The notes under the pieces: generated by a model
Seen by the model: only the letters and a program-made list of their open reading frames with translations
Told to the model about the DNA's origin: nothing
Databases searched by the model: none
Made by a program: the position numbers and the translations under genes
Source: Octopus vulgaris
Lineage: Eukaryota
DNA: 64,000 nt
Assembly: GCA_951406725.2 (NCBI GenBank)
Contig: OX597814.1
Span: 157,046,001-157,110,000 of the forward strand
Direction: 5' to 3'
Shown here: piece by piece, positions 41,495 to 58,789 of the stretch
Numbering within the stretch: position 1 is the first letter of the stretch
Layout of the letters: each line of letters opens with the position of its first letter

Positions 41495-41587
41495 TGATTG
41501 ATTGATTGATTGATTGATTCTAGTTTCAGCCTATGAGCTGTGGCCATGCTGGGGCACCGCCATTTGGTGTTGCTACTTGGTTTCACT

Positions 41588-44500
41588 TCATGGAGGCTTT
41601 CTAGCAACTGCTATTTGGTGCATGAGAGAGTTCGATGCAGCTGCCCTCATCTGCCCCTCCTGCCGTGAAGTTGGTTCATCTGGGACACCTGACAGGAAGA
41701 GATCCAGCTTCATTTTAAAGACATCTGTATCCACCCCATGCAGGTCTCTCAGGTTCTTCGGGAGGATATTGAAGAGCTGTGGGCCTCGGAAGCCCAGGCT
41801 ATCACAGAATCTTGTCCTACATCTTGATGGCAGGTTTGGAGTCCTAGGCACCACGCAGTGGCGCCCAGTTCTGGCATTTGCGTAACTCTCGATGCCAAAG
41901 TTCAGGACACTTCCCTCCAGGATCTTCCAGATGTATATTATGGCATATCTTTCCCGCCTACGCTCCAGGGAATATAATTTTAATCTCTTGAGTCTTTCCC
42001 AGTAGCTTACATTCTGCATAGAGGCTATCTTCTTTGTGTAGCTTCGTTGGATCGCCTCAAGTTCTGTGATCAACTTGACACTGGATGGTGACCATAGCTG
42101 AGAGCAATAGTCAAAGTGGCTTAGGACAAGTGTCTTCCAGAGGACCATCATGGTTTCTTGTTCTCTTGTTCTAAAGGTTCTAAGAATCCATCCAGCCAGC
42201 CGTCTACATTTCATTGTCAGTTTAGCAACATGTACATGAAAGGTCGCGTCATCACTCATGTGAATACCCAGGTCACGCACTGATTGTGCCTCTGGGATTG
42301 CAATCCCTCCGGGTCCAGTGTATTCATTGGGTATTGCATTCAGTTTTGCATGCTGATAGTATAAAGCTTGAAACTTTCCAGCATTGAACTGCATGCTATT
42401 GTTTTTAGCCCACTTGTATATTTCGTCCAGCTCACATTGCAGGTGTTTAGTGTCCTCAGGGTTCTGTATTGCCTGTGAAACTTTTGTATCGTCTGCATAA
42501 CTTGTGATCGTGGCTCTCTGCGTGGCTGAGGGCATGTCTGAGAGGGCCATTATGAACAGTAGTGGTCCCAGAACAGTGCCCTGCGGAACACCGCTCACTA
42601 TTTGTGTGTTAATGGAGGTGGCCCCATTGGCTACTACCACCTGACTTCTATCCTTCAGAAAGTCATGAAGCCATTCTCCCAGTTTTCCAACTATGTTGAG
42701 ATCACGCAGTTTGTGACATATCATTCCATGATCGACTTTATCAAAGGCCTTTGCAAAGTCGAGATATATCACTTCCACATTTGAGTGGTTGAGCAGCCGT
42801 TTCAGCACCCAGTCATAGTGTTGTAGGAGCTGAGTTAAACAGCTTCTCCCTGGTCGGAAACCATGTTGGGTGTCGGGCAGCAAGTCATTCTCTTCAAGGA
42901 AGATGATCAGCTTCCTTCTGACTATTCGTTCCATGACCTTGCTGATGTGTGAGGTCAGAGAGATAGGTCTATAGTTCTTGGCTTCCGCTCTGCTACCTCC
43001 TTTATGAATGGGGCATATTTTACCTTCCTTCAGTTTTCCTGGAAGTTTGCCAGCTGCAAGGAAGCTCTGAAAGAGGAACTGCAGTGGTCTTGCTAGGACT
43101 CTCTTACATGCTTTTAGGAGGATTGCCGGGAATCCATCGGGGCCAGTAGCTGAGTCTGTTTTCATTTCATCTATAGCCTTGGTTACATCGTCTTCCTTTA
43201 TATCGATGTAATCTATCGTCGCCGCCTCTGATTTTATATCTGCAGTGGTAAAAAAGTCAGTTGGATTGGTGATTTGGAGATGCCCAAGGGGTGGAGTGAA
43301 AACACTCTTGAATTGCTCATTCAGTATTTCACTTACCCTCATTGGTTTTCCTGTAAGTGTGCCATCCTTTTCGAGGAGTGGCCCTATTCTACTGTGCACT
43401 GTAGCTGTTTCTTTGGCATACCTGTAGAAAGCTCTGGGGTTAGATTTTATGTTTTCTATAGCCCAGGCTTCTTTGTCTGCTCTTTCTTTTTCATGGGAGA
43501 GTTGCAGACATTTTTCGATTTCCAACAGTTTTATTTTTAGGCGGGACTTTTCACTGCTTTCAATCTGTTTGTTTAGGCGATTTGAAAATTTCGTACGCCG
43601 TCTCATTAAAATTTTCCTCTCTCTGGGGATTTTGTTCTTGTGTACAGTGGCCTTTCTCTCTGGGACACATTTGTAGCATATGGCTTGCATTACAGACATG
43701 AATTGTTGAAGTTTCACGTCGATGTCTGGCGAGGAGAGACATTTAGGCCAGTTTTGTTTGAGGATCTCTTTCTCAATTTGTTTCCAGTTTGCCTTATGGT
43801 AGTTCAAGCTGGAAAGATTTTGAGGGTTTCTTGTAGGCTGCATGTCCGTGCTCTCTTTTGGCCCGTACATGGTCAGCTCTATCATGTTGTGATCCGAGAG
43901 TAGTGTCGGTGTCACTTTCACATTATGGATGAGATCCATGTCATTTGTGAAGCAGAGATCCAGTGTGTTACCTGCCCTGGTTGGTTGGAGTATTACCTGC
44001 TCCATGTACAGGGTGTTGATGAGGTTCAGGAGGGACCTCGCCTGTCCTCGTTCACATCTTGTCATTCCTGGGAGAGAAAGGCCCTCGGGCCATCTGACAT
44101 TGGGCAGATTGAAGTCTCCCATAAGAAGCACACCTATGTGTTGTTCTAATGTGGTTAGAATTTCTTCTATTTTTATAAGGCAGTCTTCAAACTTGCCCAC
44201 ATGGCTTGGGGCATCTGGAGGGCGATATGTAGCACACACAACTACATCAAGTTGCTTAATATGTACAATTAGTGTGTCACACACCGAATTTGAGTATGAC
44301 AAGAGGACCTGGGGTGTGAGGTCCTCACGGATGTACATAGCAACACCTCCATGACTCCTTTCTTTCCTGTCGGTCCGTAGTACAGCATACTGTGGTATGT
44401 GTAACTCCGCATCTGCTATGTCCGGTTTCAGGTGCGTTTCTGTAAGTGCTATGCATATGGCTTGATTGCATGCAACAAAGTCTCTCAGGAACGGGATCTT

Positions 44501-44692
44501 TGTCCTGTTACTGAGTGTTTGCAGTCCTCTGATGTTCAGTAGGAGTATCAAGGTGAGGTGTACGTTGTTGCCGGCGGTGTCCATCCTGTGTCTGTTTGCT
44601 GTGGTGGTCTGGTATATAGTGGGTAGTCCCACCTGCGGGCTTGGGTTTGATGAAGCCAGGTCAGCTGCTGTACAATCTTTTGTGCCATGCAC
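41588..44692 (-). CDS. LINE ORF2: APE + RT, 1034 aa, intact (non-AUG start)
   Basis: Same motifs and length as 34613-37717. Confidence 0.97.
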   Translation of the reverse strand: MHGTKDCTAADLASSNPSPQVGLPTIYQTTTANRHRMDTAGNNVHLTLILLLNIRGLQTLSNRTKIPFLRDFVACNQAICIALTETHLKPDIADAELHIPQYAVLRTDRKERSHGGVAMYIREDLTPQVLLSYSNSVCDTLIVHIKQLDVVVCATYRPPDAPSHVGKFEDCLIKIEEILTTLEQHIGVLLMGDFNLPNVRWPEGLSLPGMTRCERGQARSLLNLINTLYMEQVILQPTRAGNTLDLCFTNDMDLIHNVKVTPTLLSDHNMIELTMYGPKESTDMQPTRNPQNLSSLNYHKANWKQIEKEILKQNWPKCLSSPDIDVKLQQFMSVMQAICYKCVPERKATVHKNKIPRERKILMRRRTKFSNRLNKQIESSEKSRLKIKLLEIEKCLQLSHEKERADKEAWAIENIKSNPRAFYRYAKETATVHSRIGPLLEKDGTLTGKPMRVSEILNEQFKSVFTPPLGHLQITNPTDFFTTADIKSEAATIDYIDIKEDDVTKAIDEMKTDSATGPDGFPAILLKACKRVLARPLQFLFQSFLAAGKLPGKLKEGKICPIHKGGSRAEAKNYRPISLTSHISKVMERIVRRKLIIFLEENDLLPDTQHGFRPGRSCLTQLLQHYDWVLKRLLNHSNVEVIYLDFAKAFDKVDHGMICHKLRDLNIVGKLGEWLHDFLKDRSQVVVANGATSINTQIVSGVPQGTVLGPLLFIMALSDMPSATQRATITSYADDTKVSQAIQNPEDTKHLQCELDEIYKWAKNNSMQFNAGKFQALYYQHAKLNAIPNEYTGPGGIAIPEAQSVRDLGIHMSDDATFHVHVAKLTMKCRRLAGWILRTFRTREQETMMVLWKTLVLSHFDYCSQLWSPSSVKLITELEAIQRSYTKKIASMQNVSYWERLKRLKLYSLERRRERYAIIYIWKILEGSVLNFGIESYANARTGRHCVVPRTPNLPSRCRTRFCDSLGFRGPQLFNILPKNLRDLHGVDTDVFKMKLDLFLSGVPDEPTSRQEGQMRAAASNSLMHQIAVARKPP

Positions 44693-45446
44693 AAAAAAGA
44701 TTGTTGCTCAGCAGCTGCTCTTTCGACAACATCATGTTGGCTGTTTGTGGCGCGCACAACATCTGCGTACCTCCGCTTTGGGGCAGGTGGTGCGTGGTCC
44801 ATCCCTTTTCTTTGTGTTGATGGTTTGTCCATCTGCCTCGTGTCTCTGTGGCAGGGTCCCCGATGTGCAAAGCGGCAGCCTGCACCTTCCTTTCCGTGCC
44901 AGCAGGAACCTCTCAGGTAGAACATACACACCCGTGTGCGCTGTTTGGTTCCATCCTTTGCGGTTCCACTTCTACTCCTGGTTGTTTCACTCTTTGGTCC
45001 TGCTTGAGCTTTTTCTTTTCCTTTAGCTCTTCCAGTCCTTCTTTTAGTTCTTCTTCCTCCTCTACCTCTTCACCGGGTTCTCCGTCTCCATGGCCCTTGC
45101 TGCCGGTTGGAGAACTTGCACCTGGGTTCACTTCCCGGGCAGGTTTCTCATTCAAAACCTCCTCCCGGGCGTCCACCAGGTGGGGGTGACTTCTTTCATC
45201 GTCTCCATTCTTGCCATCTTTGCCCCGCTCGTTCTCAAAGATGGCATCAAGTGCGCCAATGTGCGACCGTACAAGCGCATATGAGCGCACGAATTCCTGT
45301 CTCTTTCGCTCCATCTGAGCCGCCGTCCTCTTGTAGCCTCTGCTCTTCAGCGCAGCCGCAATCACCTCGCTAGGGCTATCTCCGCCGGCGCACTCCCATG
45401 CTCGTACGAATAAATCCAGCTCGTCACGTCTCCATGCTCTGGACAT
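44548..45446 (-). pseudogene. LINE ORF1 (Myb/SANT-like + CCCH), frameshifted near 44930-45000
   Basis: ORF 44913-45446 ([34 protein letters not shown]) and ORF 44548-44931 ([22 protein letters not shown]) together align to copy 1 ORF1. Confidence 0.85.
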
Positions 45447-45499
45447 GCTGGATAATCCGTCTATCCGTTTATCTATCTAATTATGTTCGAGAGAAGACA

Positions 45500-46384
45500 G
45501 GAAGATATTAAGGCTAATTAGAAGATAGAGTACTTGAAAAAGAAATATTAACAATATTAAAGTTTGTGTAAAAACGTTATTTGGGTAAAAACGTTATTTA
45601 ATCTTAAGGCTAATTAGGGGATAGAGTATCTGAAAATGTATTAGCAATATTAATATTATATTAGAGTGTGGATAAAAACGTTGTTTAATCTTAAGGCTAA
45701 TTAGGAGAGAGAGTATCTGAAAATATATTAGCAATATTAATATTATATTAGAGTGTGGGTAAAAAAAAAACGTTATTTAATCTTAAGGCTAATTTGGAGA
45801 TAGAGTATCTGAAAATATATAAGCAATATTAATATTATATTAGAGTGTGGGTAATATTAAACGTTATTTAATTTAATCTTAAGGCTAATTAGAAGACAGA
45901 GTATCTGAAAAATTATATATACAATATTAATCAATATTAACCGTTATTTAATTTAATCTTAAGGCTAATTTGACATTATTAATATTAAACGTTATTTAAT
46001 TTAATCTTAAGGCTAATTAGAAGATAGAGTATCTGAAAATGTATTAGCAATATTAATATTATATTAGAGTGTAGATAAAAACGTTATTTAATCTTAAGGC
46101 TAATCAGGAGATAGAGTATCTGAAAATATATTAGCAATGTTAATATTATATTAGAGTGTGGGTAATATTAAACGTTATTTAATTTAATCTTAAGGCTAAT
46201 TAGAAGATAGAGTATCTGAAGAATTATTAACAATATTAAAACAATATTAAACGTTATTTAATTTAATCTTAAGGCTAATTAACAATAATTATTAACAATA
46301 TTAAACAATATTAAACGTTATTTAATTTAATCCTAAGGCTAATTAACAATAATTATTAACAATATTAAACAATATTAAACGTTA
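45500..46384. repeat. Irregular tandem repeat (about 11 copies of AACGTTATTTAATCTTAAGGCTAATT, units ~45-95 bp); putative LINE 5' UTR
   Basis: Core motif at about 45506, 45589, 45676, 45768, 45859, 45940, 45987, 46079, 46169, 46249 and 46312. Confidence 0.9.
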
Positions 46385-47470
<1,086 letters not shown>

Positions 47471-47474
<4 letters not shown>

Positions 47475-47597
47475 CAGTACAGCAATTAAGATTCAAGTGA
47501 ATTCCAATGAATTCAAATGAATGCGGTACTTAACTTAGATGCACCAGAAATCTTTATGGTATTAATCACAATATAATGTGGGGAGATTATAAACAAG
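47471..47597. repeat. 127-bp direct duplicate of 49895-50020
   Basis: ATTTCAGTACAGC...TTATAAACAAG, identical apart from a 1-bp indel. Confidence 0.97.
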
Positions 47598-48679
47598 CCC
47601 AGCCAAAGTCAGTAGTGGCGTTCCGCAAGGCACTGTGCTGGGCCCACTTCTTTTCATCATTTACATTAATGACATTAATGACATCATCAAGCACAGCAAC
47701 ATAAAAATCTTTGCAGATGACTCCAAGCTACAGAAGGTCATAAATGAGGCGAGTGACCGGACATGCCTTCAGTCAGATCTACTGGCTGTTATCCAATGGG
47801 CAGAAAAAAACAATATGCTGCTGAACGAGGATAAATTTGAGCTAATCCACTTTGGAAAAGAGGATGCCCTGAAACTCCCATACTCCCTTCCTTCAGGTGA
47901 AACTCTCGCGGCGTCCAGCAACATCAGAGACTTGGGAGTAATTGTGGACAACAACGTAAGCTGGGCCACTCATATAAACACCAAAGTTGACATGGCCCGC
48001 AGAATGTGTTCCTGGATTCTCAGAACTTTCCAGTCGAGAGATATCCACACCATTATCCTTCTCTTCTCCACTTTTGCCCGACCCCACCTTGAATACTGTT
48101 GTCCACTGTGGTCTCCCCACACAATACAAGGTATCAAAAAAGTCGAAGCACCTCAAAGGGCAATCACAAAAAAGATAGATGGCATGACAGGCCTCGACTA
48201 TTGGGGTCGACTAGAAAAGCTAAAACTCTATTCTCTCCAACGTCGTCGTGAGCGCTACATCATCTGCATGATGTGGAAAATATTCCATCAGCATTGCCCA
48301 AATGATGTTGGCATCACCTTTAAGGTACATCCAAGGCTTGGGCCCCGTGCCATCCGCCCAAAACAAAAATCGCACTCTCATCTCATAACAACAATACGGC
48401 ACAATTATTTCACCTCAATTGGCCCCGCTCTCTTTAACATTACACCAAAACACATTAAAACAGAAACTGACCCTATAGGGTTCAAGAAGTCTTTGGACAG
48501 ATTCCTTCAAGAAATCCCGGATAAACCCCCTACACCCGGATATGTCTCTGTAAACAATAACTCTCTACTTGAGTGGGCCATAGTGCCCAAATTCTGACTT
48601 GAAAGACTTCACCAGGTGGTGCTATTAAGTTAGACATGGCCTGGGCCAATAGTGGCCGAAACCTATCAAAGTATCAAAG

Positions 48680-48680
<1 letters not shown>
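47598..48680 (+). mobile_element. 5'-truncated family B LINE with open RT C-terminal frame
   Basis: [20 protein letters not shown], open to the stop at 48597; (TATCAAAG)n tail followed by (TA)n. Confidence 0.97.
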
Positions 48681-50452
<1,772 letters not shown>

Positions 50453-50460
50453 TGTGTATG

Positions 50461-50500
<40 letters not shown>

Positions 50501-50924
50501 TTTACGTAAGTGCTACGGGGGGACCGTAGTGCTTCGTGAGAACTCTCGGTTCGATAATGATAAGTGTGATGTGTCCAATGCTGTTCTTGTGTAAGTATAC
50601 ATATATGAAATAAAATGAGACAAGTAAACCAAGGTTGTGTGGAATTTATAGGGCATGTTTGAAAAGAAAGGTGGTGTTACAGCGGGATAATAGGGATACA
50701 CCTGCATTACAGAAATTCAACTAGTGGGATAGAGTGTTGTTCTGTATAAAGAGTTATTTTGGAAAAGGATGGATATTGGAAGTATAAAGGGATATAGTAA
50801 GTATAAAGCGAATAAAAATATATGTAGGATATTACTGTTGGAGTTCGCTTATCCTAGGAATGTGCTGTGTAGAATGGGTAGCAGTGCTTCTTTCCATGGT
50901 ATGTAGATTCCGACAGAATCTACA

Positions 50925-50952
50925 TATATGTATACACATATACATATATCTA

Positions 50953-50998
<46 letters not shown>

Positions 50999-51009
50999 TA
51001 TATCTATGC

Positions 51010-51044
<35 letters not shown>

Positions 51045-51055
51045 TATATCTATGC

Positions 51056-51090
<35 letters not shown>

Positions 51091-51269
51091 TATATCTATG
51101 CATATATATTATATATATATATATACATATACATATATCTATGCATATATATTATATATATATACATATACATATATCTATGCATATATATTATATATAT
51201 ATATATACATATACATATATCTATGCATATATATTATATATATATACATATACATATATCTATGCATAT

Positions 51270-51304
<35 letters not shown>

Positions 51305-51514
51305 ATATATATATATATACACATATATATATATATATGCATATATATATATGTATACACATATATATATATCTATGCATATATATATATACACATATAC
51401 ATATATCTATTCATATATATATATATACATATACATATATCTATTCATATATATATATACATATACATATATCTATTCATATATATATATATATACATAT
51501 ACATATATCTATTC

Positions 51515-51571
<57 letters not shown>

Positions 51572-53362
51572 TATATCTATGCATATATATATATATATAT
51601 ACAAATATACATATATCTATGCATATATATTATATATATTTATATATATATATACACATATATCTATGCATATATATATATATCTATGCATATATATATA
51701 TGTATACACATATACATATATCCATGCATATATATATATATATATACACATATACATATATCTATGCATATATATGTATACACATATACATATATCTATG
51801 CATATATATATATGTATACACATATACATATATCTATGCATATATATATATATACACATATACATATATATATATATACATATACATATATATATATATA
51901 CATATACATATATCTATGCATATATTTATATATAAATATATATATATACATATATATACATATATTTATATATAAATATATATATATATATACATATATA
52001 TACATATACATATACATATACATATATATATATATACATATATATATACATATACATATATACATATATTTATATACATATATATTTATACACATATTTA
52101 TACACATATACATATATATATATATATTTATACACATATACATATACATATATTTATACACATATATATATATATACATATTTATATTTATTTATACACA
52201 TATACATATATATATACATATTTATACACATATACATATATATATATATACATATTTATACACATATACATATATATATGCATATATGTATATATATATA
52301 TACATATATTGATGCAATATATGCATATATATATACATATATATATGCAATATATGCATACATGCATATATATATATATACATATGCAATATATGCATAC
52401 ATGCATATATATACATATATATATGCAATATATGCATATATGCAAATATATATATATACATATATATATGCAATATATGCATATATGCATATATCTATAT
52501 ATACATATGCATATACATATGCATATACATATGCATATACATACATACATATGCACATACATATATATACATACATATGCACATACATATATATACATAC
52601 ATATGCACATACATATATATATATACATATGCTTATACATATATATACATACATATGCACATACATATATATATACATATATATGCACATACATATATAT
52701 ACATATATATGCACATACATATATATACATATATATGCGCATGCATATATATACATATATATGCACATACATATATATACATATATATGCACATGCATAT
52801 ATATACATATATATGCACATACATATATATACATATATATGCACATACATATATATACATATATATGCACATACATATATATACATTTATATGCACATAC
52901 ATATATATACATATATATGCACATACATATATATACATATATATGCACATGCATATATATACATATATATGCACATGCATATATATACATATATATGCAC
53001 ATACATATATATATATACATATATATGCACATACATATATATACATATATATGCGCATACATATATATACATATATATGCACATACATATATATACATAT
53101 ACATGCACATACATATATATACATATACATGCACATACATATATATACATATATGCACATACATATATACATATATGCACATACATATATATACATATAT
53201 GCACATACATATATATACATATATGCACATACATATATATACATATATATGCAAATACATATATATATATATATATGCACACATACATATATATATACAT
53301 ATATATGCACACATACATATATACATGCATACATACATACATACATACATACATACATACAT

Positions 53363-53395
<33 letters not shown>

Positions 53396-53405
53396 TACAT
53401 ATATG
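50925..53405. repeat. 2.5-kb compound TA/CA-derived minisatellite with successive unit types
   Basis: Units such as CATATACATATATCTATGCATATA, GCAATATATGCATAC and the 26-bp GCACATACATATATATACATATATAT. Confidence 0.96.
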
Positions 53406-53516
53406 TAAATAGAAATCAATATTATTAAATACAATAAATACAAAAATGTGTATATGTAATACTTGTAAAATGGTCCGATTTACGCAGAATACAAACGATA
53501 TAGAAAATTAAAGGGT

Positions 53517-53575
<59 letters not shown>

Positions 53576-54427
53576 TGTATGTGTGTATAAACGGTTACCT
53601 ACTCATTAGTCCAAAAGAAAGTGGCACACTAAAATATTTTTGGGCAGTAACATTTAGTGTAGTCGTTGATTATGGTCAGTCCGATTATTATCAGTGGTTT
53701 CAGGTCTATTGTTTCTCTGAGCAATATAGATGACTCTTAAAACTTGCTTGTTGGAGCCACAGAACCTCTTTCCAAGTGGCAGTAAAACACACACTTAGTC
53801 ATCCAGGGTAGTGAAAAAAGAAAAAGAAATGACTCTGAATCGAAATTCTTCGAAACAAAATTCCATTTTGGCTGAGATGGATTTATCTCCCTTTGACCAG
53901 TTCCATTTGTGTCCGTACAATGTTACTTTATGCCCTATTTCCGTTCACGAGTTAGCAAGCAGAGAATTCCAGGTCTCCAGCATGAATTTTTTCTGATGTG
54001 GACCCCAGCTAAAAATGTAACAATTGGAAATTTATTGTCAGGAGAATTTTCTTCAATTCCAGATGCAAAATGTTTAGCCAGCGCCCTCATGTGAGAACAT
54101 TTACGTTGAAGACATGGAATTCCTCGTCTACTGACTAGTGGACGGAATTCTTACGTAAACTGACCGTTTCTGGACACAAATGAAACCAATCAATGGGAGA
54201 TAACTCCATCTCACCCAGAAGGTTTCTTTCCTACCCAGAATTTCGTTAATGTGTAATTTTCACTACCCAGATTGAGTAAAATATCTCCATTAGAAAGGAA
54301 GTAATGTGCCTCCAGCCTAGTGTGATGTCACTATTGCTAAGAGCAATAATAGACGTAAAATCAATGGTAACATTCTGACTAACCATAACCAACGTTGTGT
54401 GTGTAATTACCGTTGTTTCAGCCACAT

Positions 54428-54666
54428 TTATCGTACAACTATCTCACATATTTGTCTCCCATACCCCTGTAAATTACAAGTAACATCATTCCATTGGTAT
54501 TGGTGGTATGGCATGAAGACTACACAGCTTTCGATGCCACCAGAGGGATTACCGTCTGACCAGAATGTAAAAGTTTGTGCTTCTCCATTCTGCCATACCA
54601 AGATATTCTTAGTAAGATCTTTGCACAATCCAATATAGAAATGGCAAGATGCATCCGACTCTGGAC
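54428..54666 (-). CDS. PAN/apple + C-type lectin gene, coding exon 3 (CTLD C-terminal half, stop)
   Basis: Acceptor TTTCTTTTCAG, phase 1; FYIGL..LVWQNG..FTFWSDGNPS..ESCVVF..QWNDVTC..ICE. Confidence 0.92.
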
Positions 54667-57211
54667 CTGAAAAGAAAGGCAAAAAAGAAAAATTATATAT
54701 ATTGATTAATAATCGGTTTGTTGGAACTTGTTTATAATTCGATGTATGTTTGACCATTATATTGTATTGCTGCAATGGTAGTAGTAATAGCTACTGTTAT
54801 TGTTTAGTCCCTGTTTAGCACTGATAAGTCATGGAATTCTGCCTTATTTGTGTTGAGAGTGTATGTTTGACTGTATTCTATTATTCGGGAAACGTCTCTC
54901 GTAAGTTGAAAGGACATTCAGCGTAGATATTTTCACACACAAAGCCGCAGCTCACCGAGAACTTGCATATGATTCCCTGGTATGCGCCAAATTTTTAGAT
55001 CTTAAAATTACATGTATGTATATATGTATGTATTTAGTCTTAAAATTACAAAATATTTTGAAGCTAGGCAAAATGCATTGGGATCACGATTCCCGTTTTA
55101 AAACGGACATGCGAACATTCGTACCAAACAGTTCAAAATCTAACGGACGAACTTACTTAACCTAATTCAGTGTGCTTTGAATTGGGAAAGTTTGAAAATC
55201 GGCATAATTGGCTAAAGTATATTTCCACGTTTCTGATACAAATATAAACTTAACTTGTTTCAATTAAAATAAAACTAGCAATCTTTATATTCGTGTATGC
55301 CGGTTTCAGCAATTGAACTACAATTGCACTGTCTTCGTCTTATAATTTGTGCTTTGTGCTTTGAGTAAATAACAGAAATCAGTATATCTAGGAAGCCGGA
55401 ATTTACTGGCTTATCGAAATAGATAGAGCCATTACGTATACAAAATTTACATGGGTAAAAGAAGATTCATTTAATATCCTAGTCCAATACGGTTTTCTCA
55501 TTGTTCATATATGAGGTGATTATAATGGAAGCGCTAGCAAAAACAACTGTAGCAGCAATGGTAGCAGCAGTATTGGTTGTTGTAGTAGTAGTAGTTGGTT
55601 TTGTATAGCCTCGGTTGTTCTAAACAAGAAGGAGACTTCATATGAAAGGCACCTCATTCTTGACACCAGTCTTTTTGTACATAACTACATGCACGAGGCC
55701 TTATATGTCGTCGTGACGGTAGGTGCGATTTAAAGATAATTTAACTGTTATTTCTAGCCTGTCGAACAACACTGATGTTCCGAGAAGTATTGTATCAAAC
55801 AATCTTATGGGATTACATACAAAAGAGCCAGAGAATGGAAAGTTAATTTGCTCATGATCTTTTACCAGATATATTACCTCAGAGAAATATAAGTATGAAT
55901 GTTAGGATTCTTAAACCCCAAAGTTAACAACAAGCATTTACTGTTGTAGTTTTATTTCTAATTGTTCTTTTTTCTTTCTTTTGATAGTTTCATAGAGTAT
56001 TAAGCTAAGACATAAATTGTTAATGTCTTTTTACGTTGGGAATTTATATGCCGCCCAGTTCAACTTCACCATATATTTCTCCGCTATCAATGTAATAGAC
56101 CCGCCTCAAAATTTAGGTTTTGTGCCCGTTAGAAATCATTACGAGGTCTTCGATGAATCATAACCTGTCGTATATATTAATATAAATTATATTCTTGTTA
56201 TTAACGTAGATGCTGAAATCTGTTAATCGATCTTTGTGGCTTGAGAACCTTTACCTGTTCCTCATATATATAACTAATTATTTACAATGTAGAGTGTTGA
56301 ACTAACTAATATGGTAGGTAAATTATTTATTTAGTCTCTTTGCATATGAATTCACTACTGAAGAGAATTAACCTTTCATATTATTTGAAGGGATGCTTCT
56401 TATGAATTCGCTGATCAATTAAATCGACACTAAAGTTTTACTATAAGCATTGGCGCTATGTCGATTAAAACCAAAATCAAAATTCATAAAGGGATCCATT
56501 TCGTTGAGACTATGTTTATATTGTCAGTAATGTTCCTGCAATAAGGTAATTCAATGCTCTAAACCGTCATGACAACTGTCGTTATTAATATTGAAGAGGG
56601 TGTAGTCCAAAACATGTTCCATAATACGAAAACATTGGTTGAAAAGAAATTACATTCTGTAAAATCTCCAACAATTTATAACAATACGATTTATAACAAA
56701 ATATTTCCATTGTCTCAACATTCTACTCGAATTTGAATATGTAACAAACAGAATAAAATCTAAAGTAAATCATAACTGAAGTATTTTTGAACTGGCAAAG
56801 TTATTTTCTTTTGTAACTCATTGACAATAAATGACAATTCTTTAAAACACATATATGAAATTAAATGATTGCATTCGATATTTTATCAAAACTTGGTGTA
56901 TTTTCTCATCGAAAAAGAAATAATCAGAGTAGAAAGTACAAATAAGAGAAAAATTAGAAGTAAAACGGAATGTAATTTGCAAAATGGCATAAAATTTTAA
57001 ATGAAAATATTATTATACAGTTATAGTTTATGATATTAGATCTATATTTTGGTTACATTTGTATGTGTGTGTGGAGAGAGATAGAGAGAGAAAGAGGGAG
57101 AGAGAAAGAGAGAGGGAGAAAGAGAAAGAGAGAGAAAGAGGGAGAGAGATAAAGGGAGAGACCGTTTTTGTGTGTGAATGAGTATGTATAAAATAGTAAA
57201 ATGCTACTCAC

Positions 57212-57388
57212 ACTTTGATACTGATATTAGATAGTTCATTACTTCTAAATTTCTAATGTGAATAAGTTGTCCTCGATCCTTATTGCAATTGTCTGCAGCT
57301 TCATTCCATGAAATTTTCGTTGAACCTATTTGATAACACAATCTCAGTTCTGGTCGGTAAGTGTAGCCGGCTGATGTAGGACATTCAG
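57212..57388 (-). CDS. PAN/apple + C-type lectin gene, coding exon 2 (CTLD N-terminal half; absent from ORF track)
   Basis: CCTATAG|...|GTGAGT, 177 nt, phase 1-1; ECPTSAGYTYRPELRLCYQIGSTKISWNEAADNCNKDRGQLIHIRNLEVMNYL. Confidence 0.92.
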
Positions 57389-57524
57389 CTATAGGTGGGC
57401 AAGAGAAATATGTTTCTTCTGTTAGATCATGCGGTAAAGTAATAGCTTATTCTAATTTCAGGTCGCTATCAACCATTAACTGACTTAGAAATATCGTCTC
57501 TTACCAAGTGCACCTCAGTTGAAA

Positions 57525-57680
57525 GAAGTACCCAAAAGAAAGAGAAAGGAAACAGTGAATATATCCCACTAAAAGTCAAAAACAGAAAAAGAAGAATAGT
57601 AAAACAGACGACATTGTACAGCGAACACGCGATACACTAGTCACTCACACAGCAAATATCACCACCAGTAACACCAATAG
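57525..57680 (+). mobile_element. Displaced copy of 59650-59805 (piece of the ORF1-only element)
   Basis: AGTACCCAAAAGAAAGAGAAAGGAAACAGTGAAT...CACCACCAGTAACACCAATA occurs at both places. Confidence 0.85.
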
Positions 57681-58789
57681 AATTTATAGACACTTCCACC
57701 CCAGTCTTGCTTTTGCATGCACAATAAATCTCTTTCTAAAATATACTTTTCTTCAGCACTCTCTCAACCTCCCGCCAACATATTTAACAGCTCTAAAAGT
57801 TTCTTTATTCATCAAAATGTAAGACAGTGTGACCAGACGACATTAAAATGCATGCGTAGGAGCTGGTGCTAAACTCACCTATTTTGATAGTTTTCACCTC
57901 TTTATGAACGTGTATATTTATGAACAGGTTATTGCATCATTAAAGCTTAAAGCAGTAACCTTTCTAACATTAATGGCTACATAAATGGCTATATACATTT
58001 TAACATATTTATAGAAACACGGTTCTGTAACGTTCGATACATAGAAAAAACGAAGTAACTTTTCTAAACAATTCACACAGAAAACAGCACTAAATGTGTA
58101 CGATTAATTACAAGTGTAAAATTAAAAACTACCTAAAAGGAAAGATTACCCAAGCTGTGAACAGCTTTAAATTAATTCTGACTAAACTTATTGTCTATTT
58201 TGAAAAACAAATACAAATATCAGTGAAAAAACAAAATCATCATAGCTAAACGTACGTACGTCCCCATTGATCATATTGTGACTACAATCACAGGATACAA
58301 TGGAGCTAGGATCGTAACAAATCCGCAAGAAGCACTAGCTTGAAAGCCGTACTCCGTGCGGACTTTTAAGGTAGCTTCTGCCAAGGGCTAACTGGGTCTG
58401 CGAGCCACGACTAAAGAGTGAGAGAGAGAGAGAGAGAAAGAAAGTGAGAGAGAGAGAGAGAGAAAGAAAGTGAGAGAGAGTGAGAGGGTGGAGGGAGATT
58501 GACTATGATACGACTATAATGACTATAAGCCTCGGTGGTGTTCGATCGGAGTTTAAAGACGGATGAGAATTAATTTTGTAATGCATTCATTCTATTGCTC
58601 CGTCCCAAGTTTAATTCCAATTGTTGGCCAATTTGTCCCAAAGTTCTTAGATCTTGTATACAATTTATTCGAATTTCGGCTTCGACCCAGGTTGGTGTTA
58701 ATTTTGAACTGTTGAATCTTTGAACTGTTGTTTGTAAAAATTGTTACTTTGTGGAATTGTTTGACGAATTTTTAATGTAATTTAAACAC

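Larger units (their letters stand above)
41495..46384 (-). mobile_element. Family A CR1-group LINE, copy 2 (apparently full length including 5' tandem repeats)
   Basis: (ATCA)n tail, intact ORF2, ORF1 from ATG at 45446 with one frameshift, and ~0.9 kb of tandem repeats running into (TA)n. Confidence 0.95.

Noticed and set aside
45500-46384. CRISPR-like repeat-spacer array
   Set aside because: The 'spacers' are themselves repeated blocks, the context is eukaryotic, and there are no cas genes.
50508-50540. Hairpin AAGTGCTACGG/CCGTAGTGCTT as HHR stem II
   Set aside because: Flanking CUGAnGA and GAAA cores are not recognisable on either strand.
56356-56420. CTGAAGAGAATT...GAATTCG as an intronic hammerhead
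   Set aside because: Lacks GAAA and stem III.
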